A stretch of DNA of 64,000 bases from Octopus sinensis (taxonomy: Eukaryota). The notes below the pieces were generated by a model. The model was given only the letters and a program-made list of their open reading frames with translations, was not told the DNA's origin and ran no database searches. Each line of letters begins with the position of its first letter. Within the stretch, counting starts at the first letter, position 1. Position numbers and translations under genes: made by a program. Of the stretch, positions 42,149 to 55,429 are shown in pieces. Location: NCBI RefSeq assembly GCF_006345805.1, contig NC_043005.1:20460001-20524000 (forward strand), read 5' to 3'.

Positions 42149-43841
42149 GTATACATAATGTAAACAATATCACACATCAATATAAATTAAGATACAAATA
42201 TAAAAATATATATTTATTTTTTTCTTACATTATTGTTCTAAATTTCATTCAATTTGATATTGTAAACAAATTTATTAAGTTTTTTTTAGTTTTTCCACAA
42301 GTATTTATCCTCATATTTGAGAAATATTTGCTATTAGGAATGCTGTGAAAAGCAATTGCAGCTAATGAAGTGGTGTATATGTTAAGTCATTGTATGGGGG
42401 ATAAATCAACAGGAGTAAATCTGCCCTAAGAGTTATATTACCACAAGCCAGATGTGTTCATTCCTCTCTTTGTAGCCATCTACTCCAGTTGGCAGCAGAC
42501 TAGGAACATTCCTGGGGAGTGCTGATACAGCTGAGGAGAATCTAAAAAATGGGAACTGACAGAAGTTTTCAGACCCAGAAATCTGCCCAACATTGAATTA
42601 AAGACTTTAGTAAAGGTGCTTGCCAAGGGGCTGGCACATGTTGATAGTATAGATGGAGGTAAGCAACTCTGCGTGATCCTTGGCAGATCTATCCATGACA
42701 ACCTCCACCTCATGTGATAAATCATACACCAGGTCCAAATGAATCTTGCTTTGGTGAGTACTGATCAGTTAGTGTGAGTCCTAAGCATTTAACAAGGTAG
42801 ACCATTATTTACTGGAGACTGTCTTAAGAACTGCCATATTTTGTCTATCCTTTGGAGGCTTGAAGGTCACAATGTACAGTAGAATGTGGTCAGTATCAAT
42901 GACTGCACCCAGAACTGAGCATTGAAAGCTTGGTCTGTTCAGGTGCCTCCCATCTGTCTACTGCATGTTTTTATTCAGGAGCCATTGCTACTGAGTATGG
43001 AGAGTTTGAGTGGTATCCCATTCTAACTAGGACACAGGAGAGTTGTGTCAGTTTACATAAACAATGTCATTGTTTGCCAACAGTGATTGCTATTACTGTA
43101 TTGAGGGCACAGTGGAAGTGCTCAAAATCTTTTTTGGACTAGATTTCTGAGTGGATCAGAAGTTGTTTGGTAGATAATCAATCTTACTCAGAAAGGTACC
43201 AACTTGTTGCCTCCCCCAAACTTTCAGGCCTTGTGCCTATAATAGAAAGAATTATTATTACCTATTCTTTTTATCTCGGGTTTTGTTGTAACTCCTGAAG
43301 TCTTGCATGTGCAGTGGACTTGCTGCTTGCTGCCTGTTCTTTTCAACTATCTAGTACTTCTCTGATTATTCTGGGTGTATATCTTTGATGAAGCACAAAC
43401 TGAAGTTTCCCCAGCGTAAGCTGAACTGTGCTTGAAAAGCATATGTGGAGGTATAGGTTCTAACATGTGTACCTGTTTGAGATACATGGAAAGTGACAAA
43501 AATGTTCTGCAAACACTTGTGTAGTACCCAAGCGTTTCTGACTTGTGGAGTTATTGGAGCTATGTCAATCACCTGCTGCCACATGTAGGATTGATCAGGC
43601 TGTTTGCTGTGTCCATTGTGAAGATTGTCTCACTACCTTGTTTTGGCTGAGAAGGTCTTTAACTGTCTGGTAACTTTGATAATAAAAGGTTGTGTAGTGG
43701 ACCAGATTGAAAGGGTTGAAGGCAGATTTCTTCATCTTTGGTCAAGCCTGCATTAATTTTTCCAAGTTTCATTTGAAAAGGAAAGTCAGGTTGGAGAGGA
43801 AAGTGCTGCCTTCTCAAAAATTTTTTGTATTTCCTGTTCTC

Positions 43842-43890
<49 letters not shown>

Positions 43891-43931
43891 TATTATTATT
43901 ATTATTATCGTTATTATTATCGTTATTATTA

Positions 43932-43986
<55 letters not shown>

Positions 43987-44700
43987 TATTATTATTTATA
44001 TGTTGTTTAAAAAGTTTAGATAATAATGTAGAAGCATCATGTAATTGAAATTTTGAATAAAATATTAGAAAGCCACCTGGTGCACAATTTTTTTAAATGG
44101 ATAATTTATCATAAAAACACAATCCATCCACAAAATTATTCTTTGGTATAAAACACCTTCATCAGAATTCATGGAATTTCTGTTGCATCATAAAACATAC
44201 TTGAAAATTTGCCTTAAAGTTGCAGATAATCCCAAGCTTGGTGTGCTTTGGCTTAAGATTCAATGGCCATAGCAACACTTAAGTCATTAGTTTAAGGAAG
44301 TTTTGACTCTGCAAAAGTACACCATCAGAAAAGGGATGCATAAATGGATTATTTGCAATATATTTGTTAAAACGAGGTTTCAAGTAGATCTCAAAATGAA
44401 CTACAACTGACATGAATACTGACTAGGATTACATATTGATCAAATATTCATTTGATCTATATTCATTTACAATAACTTGTCTATTTAAAAGATTATGCAC
44501 CACATGATTTATAATATTTAGGATATATAAGTGGTGTGTATATATATATATATATATATAACGATTGTAGTGTTATACTCATTATCTTTTTTTAATAATT
44601 TTGATATATATTTAAAATAATATTAATTAATTAATCTTATGTATTGGCTTACGTTTTTCATTGTATGATTTACCCAATAGTGGCCTTTATCTCTAATTTA

Positions 44701-44794
<94 letters not shown>

Positions 44795-45313
44795 TATATG
44801 TATGTGTGTGTGTGTGTATATGTGTGAAAGCATGAGTGTGTGTGCACATGCATGTGTGTGGATGTGTATGAGTATAAAATGTATTTCTTTCCCTTTTGTT
44901 TTTCCAGCTGATGCTAACATGATTGCATTAAAAGCAGTAGGCATACCAGGACAGGATAATATTGGACGGCATGATAGTGTGGACGTAAAGGCATGCAATA
45001 AAGCTTGCCTTGAATATACAGGATGTACTTCTTATGAGTACAATGATAAATCTCAATACTGTGATTTAAGTAATGTGACTCATGCAACTCATGAACTTAA
45101 ACCCAACACTGCAGGTTGGGATATTTACATCTTAAATCCAGGTTAGTAGAATATTTTCTCATTTTATCCTTTGCATGTCTGTTTGTATTTACATACCTGA
45201 ATATGTATATAATACATATGAATATAATATATATGTATATATACATATATGTATGTATATGTGTATATATGTGTGTATGTGTATGTATGTATGAATATAT
45301 ATATATATGTATA

Positions 45314-45362
<49 letters not shown>

Positions 45363-48300
45363 CCCATGCTAGCATGGAAAATGGACGCTAAATGATGATG
45401 ATGATGATGATGATGATGATATATAGTAAATCCCAAAAGGAAGAAGAACAAACACAAAAACACAACAACACGAGCACGTGGTACATGTAAAGTATTAGCA
45501 GATGCTCAAGGAAGGAAAGAAAGATGGTTTAAGGTTTCGGGCAATGCTCTTCTTCAGGAACAGAGGAAAGTTCAGTAGAAAGGAAGACAGAGGAAGACAA
45601 TCGCCAGTGATTCACATGTGGTTAAATTTTGAATATATATATATATATATATAAAGGTATGTGCGTTCTTAGTTCATGGGTCAGCTGCTGTCTTTAGGTG
45701 TAAGAGAATATATTCTTTATGTGCTTGGTGTAAAAAATACTTGAAAGTAAGTTACAGTCAAGTGAGACAACTCACATCAGGTCATTTCTCAGAGCAACAG
45801 ACATCATGTTTCATTACTGTTTCGACTTATCAACAAGGCCTGCTGCAAGCCATATTACCGACTATGACTATATGCCAAATAGTTTAGACACCATCTGCTG
45901 GTATGTCCCAACGTTTGCTACTTAGGTGAGATAATGAGCAGTGGAGGAGGTTGTACAGAAAGTGTAATAGCTAGAATAAGAATAGAATAGAGAAAGTTCA
46001 GAGAACTTTTACCTCTGTGTGAAGGCAAAATTGTACAATATGTATGAACTGTGATACTGCATGATAGTGAGACCTGAGCCCTGAATGTGGGGGACATGCA
46101 AAGACTGGAGAAGAAGGAAGCTGGTATGCTCTGCTGGATGTGTGATGTCAGTGTGCATGTGTGACAGAGCACTGGTGTGCTGAGAGAGAAACTGGGAATA
46201 ATAGGAATTATATGCAGTGTATAAGAAGAGACTGCACTGGTTTGGCCATAAGATGTGGATGGATAAGGACAGTTGCATAAAGAAGTACCAATCAGAAGAT
46301 TGGGAAGAGGGAGATCCAGGAAGACATGGGATGAAGTACTGAAGGCCAATCTCAAAATGCTGAACCTTATGAAGGAGATGACAGAGGACTGAGATATGTG
46401 GCGCATTGCTGTACTTGTGAAGATCTGCCCACAACAGAATCAAAATCTTAAAACCAAGGTGCCACATAAAAAGCACATAAAAAAGCACCAGTACACTCTG
46501 TGGGGTGGTTGGTGTTAGGATGGGCATTCTATGGAGCTTGGTGCAACCTCTGGCCTTATCTGTTCCTGTCAAGCCATCCAACTCATGCCAGCATGTAAAA
46601 TAGATGTTAAATGATGATGATGATGATGATGATGATGATAATGATGATGATGATAATGATGATGAATTTGTGTATTGAAACAAATTTTGTTGTGTTTTGG
46701 CAGAGTCATTACACTAATAATTATAACACATGTACAGATTCCGTTCCACTTCTCTATTGTTAGTCAGTTGGTTAAATATCTAACCAACTTAACTAAGCAA
46801 TTATTTGTTTAATGTGTTGATTAAACAATCAATAGGTTGTTTGTTAGTCAAAGTTCTTTCATTATTGTTAACAACCTCTTCAGTGACTTAATGACTTCTC
46901 ATCTTACTCCAAGGTCTGTTCTGAGTCTATCTGAGAATTATTCTTATGTTTGTATATATGCATGCTTGTATGTGTGTGTGTTTCTAAACAAAAGAGTGTG
47001 TATGGATGGATAATAGTACATTTAGCCTTTGTGATCCTGAAATAAAAGAGGTATGGAAGAACTACTAGGAAAGGCTATTAAAGGTAGAGAATGAATTGGA
47101 GAGAGGGAATCTCCCCATGTGAACCCAACAGAGGGATAATCTACTCTAGTCAACAGCTGCATGACAGATAAGGCAAATGAAGATATGAAGACAGGGAAAG
47201 ATCCTAGTCCATTAAGAGTTACTGCTGAGATGCATTAGATATCTAGTAAGGTACAATGCAGATTAGTCACCTGCTTAGTTAATCAGGTTATTCAGTAAAT
47301 AGTATTGCTCAGTGACTATCATAGTAAGCAGCTATGAGGGCAAAAGAAATGCTTTAGATAGCAGTAATTATATAGGGATCAAATTGCTGGACTAGGTGAT
47401 GAAAGTTGTGGAGAAAGTTAATTAGGAACAGAATTAGAACTAAATGAAATGCTGTTTGGCTTTATCCTGGGGAGAAGCATCGCAGATGCTATTTTTACAG
47501 TCAAGAAACTGTGAGCAGTATTTAGCTAAGATCAAATGGTTGTACTTGGCATTTGTTTTTCTAAAGAAAGCCTTCAATAGAATACTTTGCTTTGTGATAT
47601 GGTGGCCTCTGATGATGATAGGAATAAATGAATGACTTGTGAAAGCAGAACAATCCATGTACAGAGGTTCTGTCCATAAGGTAAGAGTTGGTTAGGGGTG
47701 TACAGGTGGGTGTTCACCAAGGCTCAGTTCTCAGCCACCTCCTACTCATCATCGTCTACCAGGCCATACCAAAGGAATTCAAGACTGGTAGCCCATGGGA
47801 ACTGTTATATGCTGATGATCTTGCTCTTATATCAGGTTCTGTTACAGAACTAGAAATGAAATTCCAGGCTTGAATGTAACACCAGAAATCAAAGGGCCTT
47901 AAGATTAACTTAGCAAAGACTAAGGTGCTAGTAAGCAAGAAAACAGACAGGATCCTTCTCCTATCAGGTAAATAGCCCTGCTCAATATGTAGAGATGGTG
48001 TAAGCAGGAATTCCATACAGTGTACCAGTGCAAGCTATGGACTCAAGAGATGCAGTGGAATAGTAGGAAGTTTTGTATGTGAAAGATGTAGAGGAGCCAT
48101 AAAAACTACAGATTCTTGGGATACTGATTTCTCAAATGACCTGAAGGCACTTCAGGGGTAGTGAATAGTGTCTGCAACCTAGAGAACCTAATTAGCCATG
48201 GGAGAGGATGCATAGAAATTGTAATTTCTAGAATAAGAATAGGATGGACAAAATTCAGAGAGCTTTTACCTTTGCTGGCAACCAAAGATCTCTCTCAGAG

Positions 48301-48765
48301 TGAAAGGAAGATTGTGTGATACATGTATAGAGCAGCAATGCCACATGGAAGTGAGACATGGGCCCTGAATGCAGAAGACATGTGAAGGCGAGAGAAATGA
48401 AGCTTATATGCTCTGCTAGATGTGCAATGCCAGTGTGAAACAGAACACTAGTATTTTGAGGGAAAAGTTGGACATAAGAAAAATCAGCTGAAATATTGAA
48501 GGCTGATCTCAAGACACTGAGCCTTACAAAGGAGATGATTAAGGATGAATTGCTGTACTCAGAGCAAATTTGATGCCAGTACTGGTGCCACATAAAAAGC
48601 ACCCTGTACACTCTATGGAGTAGTTGGCTTTAGGAAGGGCATCCAGCTGGAGAAGCCATGCCAGAACCAGCTCCAGTCAAACTGTCCTATCGATACCAGT
48701 ATGGAAAACAGAAGTGAAATGATGATAGTGATGAAGAAGAAGATATGTGTGTGTGTGTGTGTGTA

Positions 48766-48826
<61 letters not shown>

Positions 48827-51800
48827 AGTGTGTATGTGTGTGTGAGTGTGTGTGTGTGTGTGTATGGCCATTCCTCAATGGAAAGGAGGCCAGTCGATTA
48901 GATTGACTCCAGTATGCAACTGGTACTTAATTTATCGACCCCAAAAAGATGAAAGGTAAAGTCGACCTCAGTGGAATTTGAACTCAGAATGTAAAGACAG
49001 ATGAAATACCACTAAGCATTTCACTTGGCGTGTGAGCGTTTTTGCCAGCTCGCCACCTTTAAATATATTGAGTATATTATGAAAAACCTGTCCTGTTTTG
49101 TTTTCCACACTATGTTTGTTTGTGTGAATGTATTTTTGTGTTTTCTTCAATATGAAGTAGGGCAGCATAAAATTTTAGAGAATATTATGTAGCGTGATTT
49201 TGATTGCAGGAAATATCTATATGAGAAAGAGTAGTTGGTACAAGTAATAGTTGGTATCTTTCATTTAAATAACAAAGAATTTTGTTCATTGAACTATTGA
49301 GGATATGAAGATGTGGGAAACACTTGTGTATGAAAAATTGACTCTGATATGCTTAAAATATCTAGCAGAGTAGACTAGAATCTAGTTCCTCAATTATCAA
49401 ACTAAATAATATGGGAATGTTATATGCAAGGACTAGAAATGCATTATAAAGGGTAATAAAGGCAATGGAAATACATAGAATAAGGAGACTACAAGAGCAT
49501 CAAATTTTCAAACATAGCCAACTGCTACAAAGGTAAAGGTGACGCTTTAGACTGGTATAGCAGCACCATAGTCAACTGCTACAAAGGTAAAGGTGACGCT
49601 TTAGGTACAAATAATTACAGAGGTATCAAGTTGTTGGATCAGGTAATGAAGGTCACGGCAAGGTCATAGCCCAACTATTTAGGGAGAGAGTCAGTTTAGA
49701 CGAGATGCAGTTTGGGTTCATGCCAGGGAATTGCACCACTAATGCTATATTTCTGGTAAGACAGCTGCAGGAGAAATACCTAACCAAAGATAAACCTCTG
49801 TACCTGGCTTTCATTGACATGAAGAAAGCCTTTGACAGGGTCCCCCCGATCCCATATCTGGTGGTCAATGAGGAACCTAGGGTTAAGGCAACCTGTGGAA
49901 GCTATCCTCATCCATTCTCACTACATCACCACAGCTATCTCTCTTTCACACCACATCTGATACTTCTATGGTCCAACTTTTCTCTCAAGGTACTTAAACT
50001 CTGTCGAGTATGCACACTGACATTACACATCCAGCGGAGCATACTGGCTTCATTCCTTGCAAGCTTACGCATGTCCTCAGCAGTCACGGTCCATGTTTCA
50101 CTGCCATATGGTGGTTTAGGGAACCTGTGGATGAGGTGGTGAAGCACGACTTTCAAACATTAGGCCTCAGTGAGGCAATGACTATTGACCGAAATATGCT
50201 GTGCTTGAGAAGACCAGGCAAGCTAAGTGAGACCATAACCTGTGGCCTATTCCAGGGGTTTAACCAGCCCTCTTATCTGTACCTTTCCTTCATTGGACAC
50301 TAAACTTTGCTTGCGAAGACCTGTTGAGGTAAGTGAAATCGAAATCGAAATCAAATTTGATGACTGGCATCTGTGCCAGTGGAGCACTAAAAGCATCATC
50401 CTAGCATGATCGTTGCCAGAGCAGCTGACTGGCTTCCGTGCCAGTGGCACATAAAAAGCACCATTCAAGCATGATTGTTACCAGCATCGCCTTACTGGCA
50501 CTTGTGCCCTAGTGAATGTGAAAACTATTGCAGCAAGGGTCATCAGCAGTGCCGCCTGGGACTGGTTCCTGTGCAGATGGCATGTTAAAAAAAAACCATT
50601 TGACTTGCCCTCGTGCTGGTGGCACGTAAAAGCACCCACTACACTCTCGGAGTGGTTGGCGTTAAGGAAGGGCATCCAGCTGTAGAAACTCTGTCAGATC
50701 AGATTGGGGCCTGGCGCAGCCATATGGTTCGCCAGTCCTCAGTCAAATCGTCCAACCCATGCCAGCATGGAAAGCGGACATTAAACGATGATGATGATGA
50801 TGTTTGAAGTGTATCAAAGACTAAGAGAGGATTTGCAATCATTCTCTGATGATTATGTAATGTTAGTGTGCATGAATAGAAGAGTAAAAATGAGCAAAGG
50901 AAAAGCTATATATAATAGAATCTAATATGATGTGAAGAAAAAAAAAACTTCTATGGTTCAGGCATATGATGCATATAGAGAATGATTGCTATATAAGAAA
51001 TTGTCAAGTGATCAAACTGAACAAAATTTGCAGAAAAGGGAGACTGAGGAAGACTCAAGACAAAACAGAGAAGACAAAAGATGATGATAATTGGTGTTAT
51101 GTAAAGCTGCAGTAACCTGATGAAATGTACATTAGAAACAGCTGTGTTGAACAATGTGTGTGGGTGTATTTATATCTCTGTGCAACTTGCTTCACTCAAT
51201 AAATTTCATTGTAAACCTGTTATGTTCTCATTCTCATCCTCCTCCTAACATACTTTCACCATTAGTGTCAATTTCTGTCATCAATCAAGAAGATGATGAT
51301 GATAATTGGTGTTATGTAAAGCTGCAGTAACATGATGAAATGTACATTAGAAACAGCTGTGTTGAACAATGTGTGTGGGTGTATTTAATCTCTGTGCCAA
51401 CTTGCTTACTCAATAAATTTCATTGTAAACCTGTTATGTTCTCATTCTCATCCTCCTCCTAACATACTTTCACCATTAGTGTCAATTTCTGTCATCAATT
51501 CCAGCTTATGTGCAAGTTAAATGTGGACCTCCAAAAGATGTTGCTCTTGGCAAAAAGGCCTACACTACCACCAGATACAAATCTGAGGTGACTTATACTT
51601 GTGATGATGGAAATCAATATAAGTTGACATGTGAAAAGGACAGTAAATGGAGTCCCATAACATTTTCTTGCAAAGGTAACGTAAACAGCTTTTCTCTATT
51701 TGCCTCTGTCTATGTGACTTTTTAAAAAGAGTTTAAATTATGTGTTTTTGTCAGAAGAAAGTTGACTCTTCATACATACATCTTCTTTGCCCATTTAATG

Positions 51801-52766
51801 CCAGAATGGGAGAGGGGAAAGAATCCTCAAGCATACCTTTCATGAGATCCTGTCAGAAGCAACTGTCTTCTGTTAGACCCCAAGACTAGCCAAGCACATG
51901 CATGTTATCCAAGCACCTTGCTCGTGGTTTATTCCTGGGTCTCCTGCCTGTTGGTTTTGCCTGTAAAACAAGTCTTTCCCAATACAATCTTACCACATGC
52001 CCATATTATCAGAGTTGTGATCTCTTAATTTGGAGACATTGTGGCTCCACCTGGAGTGACACACCGATTTCTGAGCTACACATTCTATCGAGAACATTAC
52101 TCCTATGTCCCTTTGGTGTGAACCCCATCTTGACCACTTGTATTGGTGATCGTATTGCTTCAGTCATCCCATGAGTTATGACCACAGGTAAGGATAGGCT
52201 TAAATACCAATTATTCAGCATTTGCACTTACTTCTCTTCTGATGATGATGGAATGTTGAAACTGGCACATTACTGCCCCAGCTCCTGTAATTCTTGCACA
52301 TGCATCACAACCACATGTGTATGACATGGTGACCTCCTATCATAAAAAAAAAATGCATAATCTTACATGTGGAACCCAGTTAGAACTTTTTTCAGATTGA
52401 CTGGCTCATCCTACTCAAAAGGTCCCTAAATAAGGTTTGTTTAAGGATGATGAACAAAACACCCACGTTTCCAGAGGCAAATTATTCAAACCCCAAAGAA
52501 TTTCTTTTGAAACATGGTTATGAAATTCCTCACAACTCCTGTTCATGGTCAGAAAAGCACATATCATCAGCCACTGAAGGACATACTCAACTGAATAAGG
52601 TCAAGCAACTGACAAGCAAATCTGTAGTATTGAGTAGAATATTTGCAATAGCCCACCTTTTACACCAAGACAAAGCATATACATGTTAACACTTCCAATC
52701 AGTTAAAATCAGAAGCCATGAGAGCCACTGCTTGTTACTGTATCATGGCATTATTATTATTATTAC

Positions 52767-52820
<54 letters not shown>

Positions 52821-54047
52821 CATCATTTTCGTTATCGAGTGAGAGAGTAATTCATGCCATCAAGGTGATACTGGGGCACAAATATATGAAGCCCTATATA
52901 CTCATCATGACTACCCATCTGATAAGGGTACATCAGGCACATGGTGGTCTCATATCAAGATAACCAGTACATGACCTTGCAGTTAGAGCCCAGTTAGAAT
53001 TTTTTACAGTTTGAATTGTCTTTCCCACTCAAAAGGTCACTGAACAAGGGTTGTTTAATGATGTTAAATGAAACACCCTCTCAACACATGGCTATGATGC
53101 TTCCCCTCGACCTTTGCTCATGATCAGAGATGCACACATCTTCAGTCACTAAGAGTTAAGGTCAAGCAACTGACAAGCAAACCTGTAATATGGAGCAGAA
53201 TATTTGCTGTAGACCATTTATTACCTCCGTCTTAGTGAAGGCGGAGGTATTGTTCTCAGTCATGTTTGTTTGTCCGTGGACAATATATCTCAAGAACCAC
53301 TGGATGGATTTGAATGAAAATTTCAGGGATGTTTAGCCTCATGACTGGCACAAACTGATTAGATTTTGGGACCAATCCAGCACCATACAAGGATTCTAGA
53401 TTATTTTTCATATTTTCTTTACATGTATATGTAGTTTCACATAATTCTCTTGTACACGCACACACACATGCAAATATACTTTTTTTTACACACACTTCAC
53501 ACTTGAAACACTTTTTATTGGCTTTTTCATTCCTTCCTTTGTTATTCATACAACACTCTCTTTGCCATTTATCTCCTCTATTTTCACCTCTCACTCTGGC
53601 TCTATTTTATATATTTATGTATATATATATATGTGTGTGTATAAATATATATAGAAATATATAAAAAGACAATGCTCATTATTATATTAGGAGATTATAC
53701 ATACATTTTAAAACTTTACAGTATACTTACCTATATACATAATTCTATACATTGATCTAAAACAACAGGGTTACTAAAGGAAGACCAGAATTTAAGAGAA
53801 GAGAAAACCAAAAGGTCTCATGATATTCATTGAATGGTTTTATTTCATATATTCTCATTTAAAAAATCATCTCCAGTTAATTGTCGAGAGGACGTTGATG
53901 TTGCATTGCCAGAGGTTTGCACTCTCTGAGTGCACTTGTTATCATTATTATTATTACTATTATTATTATCTTTTTTTTTTCTTCTTCTTTCAAATTTGCT
54001 TCCATTTCTTGCTGAGTGTCTTCCCGACTCCTAGGGCAAAGAAACTC

Positions 54048-54095
<48 letters not shown>

Positions 54096-55368
54096 GAATT
54101 TTTCTTTTTCTGCTGATTTTGTTTCCATTTCTTCCTCAGTACCTTACTGGTATCTAGGGTAAAGAAACTTACTCTATATATTGAAAGGCCATTAAATAAA
54201 CACTACAGATTTGTCATTTACAAAATCAAATAAAGTTAAGTAGAGAAAAAAAGATATTTGCATGGAAGGTTATCACAGAACATTGCCCTTCTCAGTATGA
54301 GTGATGTACTGTTTAAAACAATAATTGCTCTTTCTGCAGGGATGGTAAGCCAGGGATTATTCTCAAATAATATTCAGTTTCTTTTTTGATCATTCCTAGT
54401 GCTTTTACAATCACTGGTATTTTAATTGCCTTGAGATGTCACATTTTTCTATTCCAATGAGTAAAGTTTATATTTCATGAGTTCGTCAAACTCTTTGCCA
54501 CAATATAATGATCACAAGGGATACTCAAGTCAATAAACAGACTTTATTATTTTGGTCTTTTACAACAATGTCCTGTTTATTAGCTTTGATGGTTCAGTCT
54601 GTGTATAAAGGAAAATCACCAAAGAGCATAACATATTCTCCCTCAGTTGTGTTTACAGCATTTGTCAACAGTTTTGAATTATAATGTTGACATATTAACT
54701 AGTGTAGATATTTGAAGACTCTATCATATCTTGATTTATACTCTATTTGTGTTAAAACTTTACCTTATTGTTATTATTATTGAGTGAGAGAGCAGTGCAT
54801 GCCATCAAAGTGATACTGGGGTACAAATATACAAAGTCCAATATACCCATCATCACTACTTGTCTGACAAACATGCATCACAACCATATGTGAGTGACAT
54901 GATGATCTCATATCAAGATAAACAGCATATGACTTTGCAGGTGGGTCCTAGCTAGAATTTTCTTCAGATTAAGTGGGCCATCCCACTTAAAGGGTCCCTG
55001 AATAAGGGTTATTTAGTGATGTTGAATGAAACACCCATATTTCCAGAGGTGAATTATTCAAACTCCAAAGAATTCCTCTCAACACATGGCTATGATGCTC
55101 CTCCACTACTTCTGCACACATCATCAGCCACTAAGGGACACGCTCAACTGGTTAAGGTCAAACAACTGACAATCAAATCTGTGGTATTGAGCAGAATATT
55201 TGCTGTAGCCCATCTTTTATACCAAGACAAAACATGCACATGATAACACTTCCAATCAGTTAAGATCAGAAGCCATGAGAGCCAGCATGTGGTACTGAAT
55301 CAGGTCATTTATTATTATTATCATTATTATTATCATTATTATTATTATTATTATTATCATTATTATTA

Positions 55369-55429
<61 letters not shown>

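Noticed and set aside
51078-51499. CRISPR-like or satellite array
   Set aside because: Only two copies with no spacers, in a eukaryotic context.
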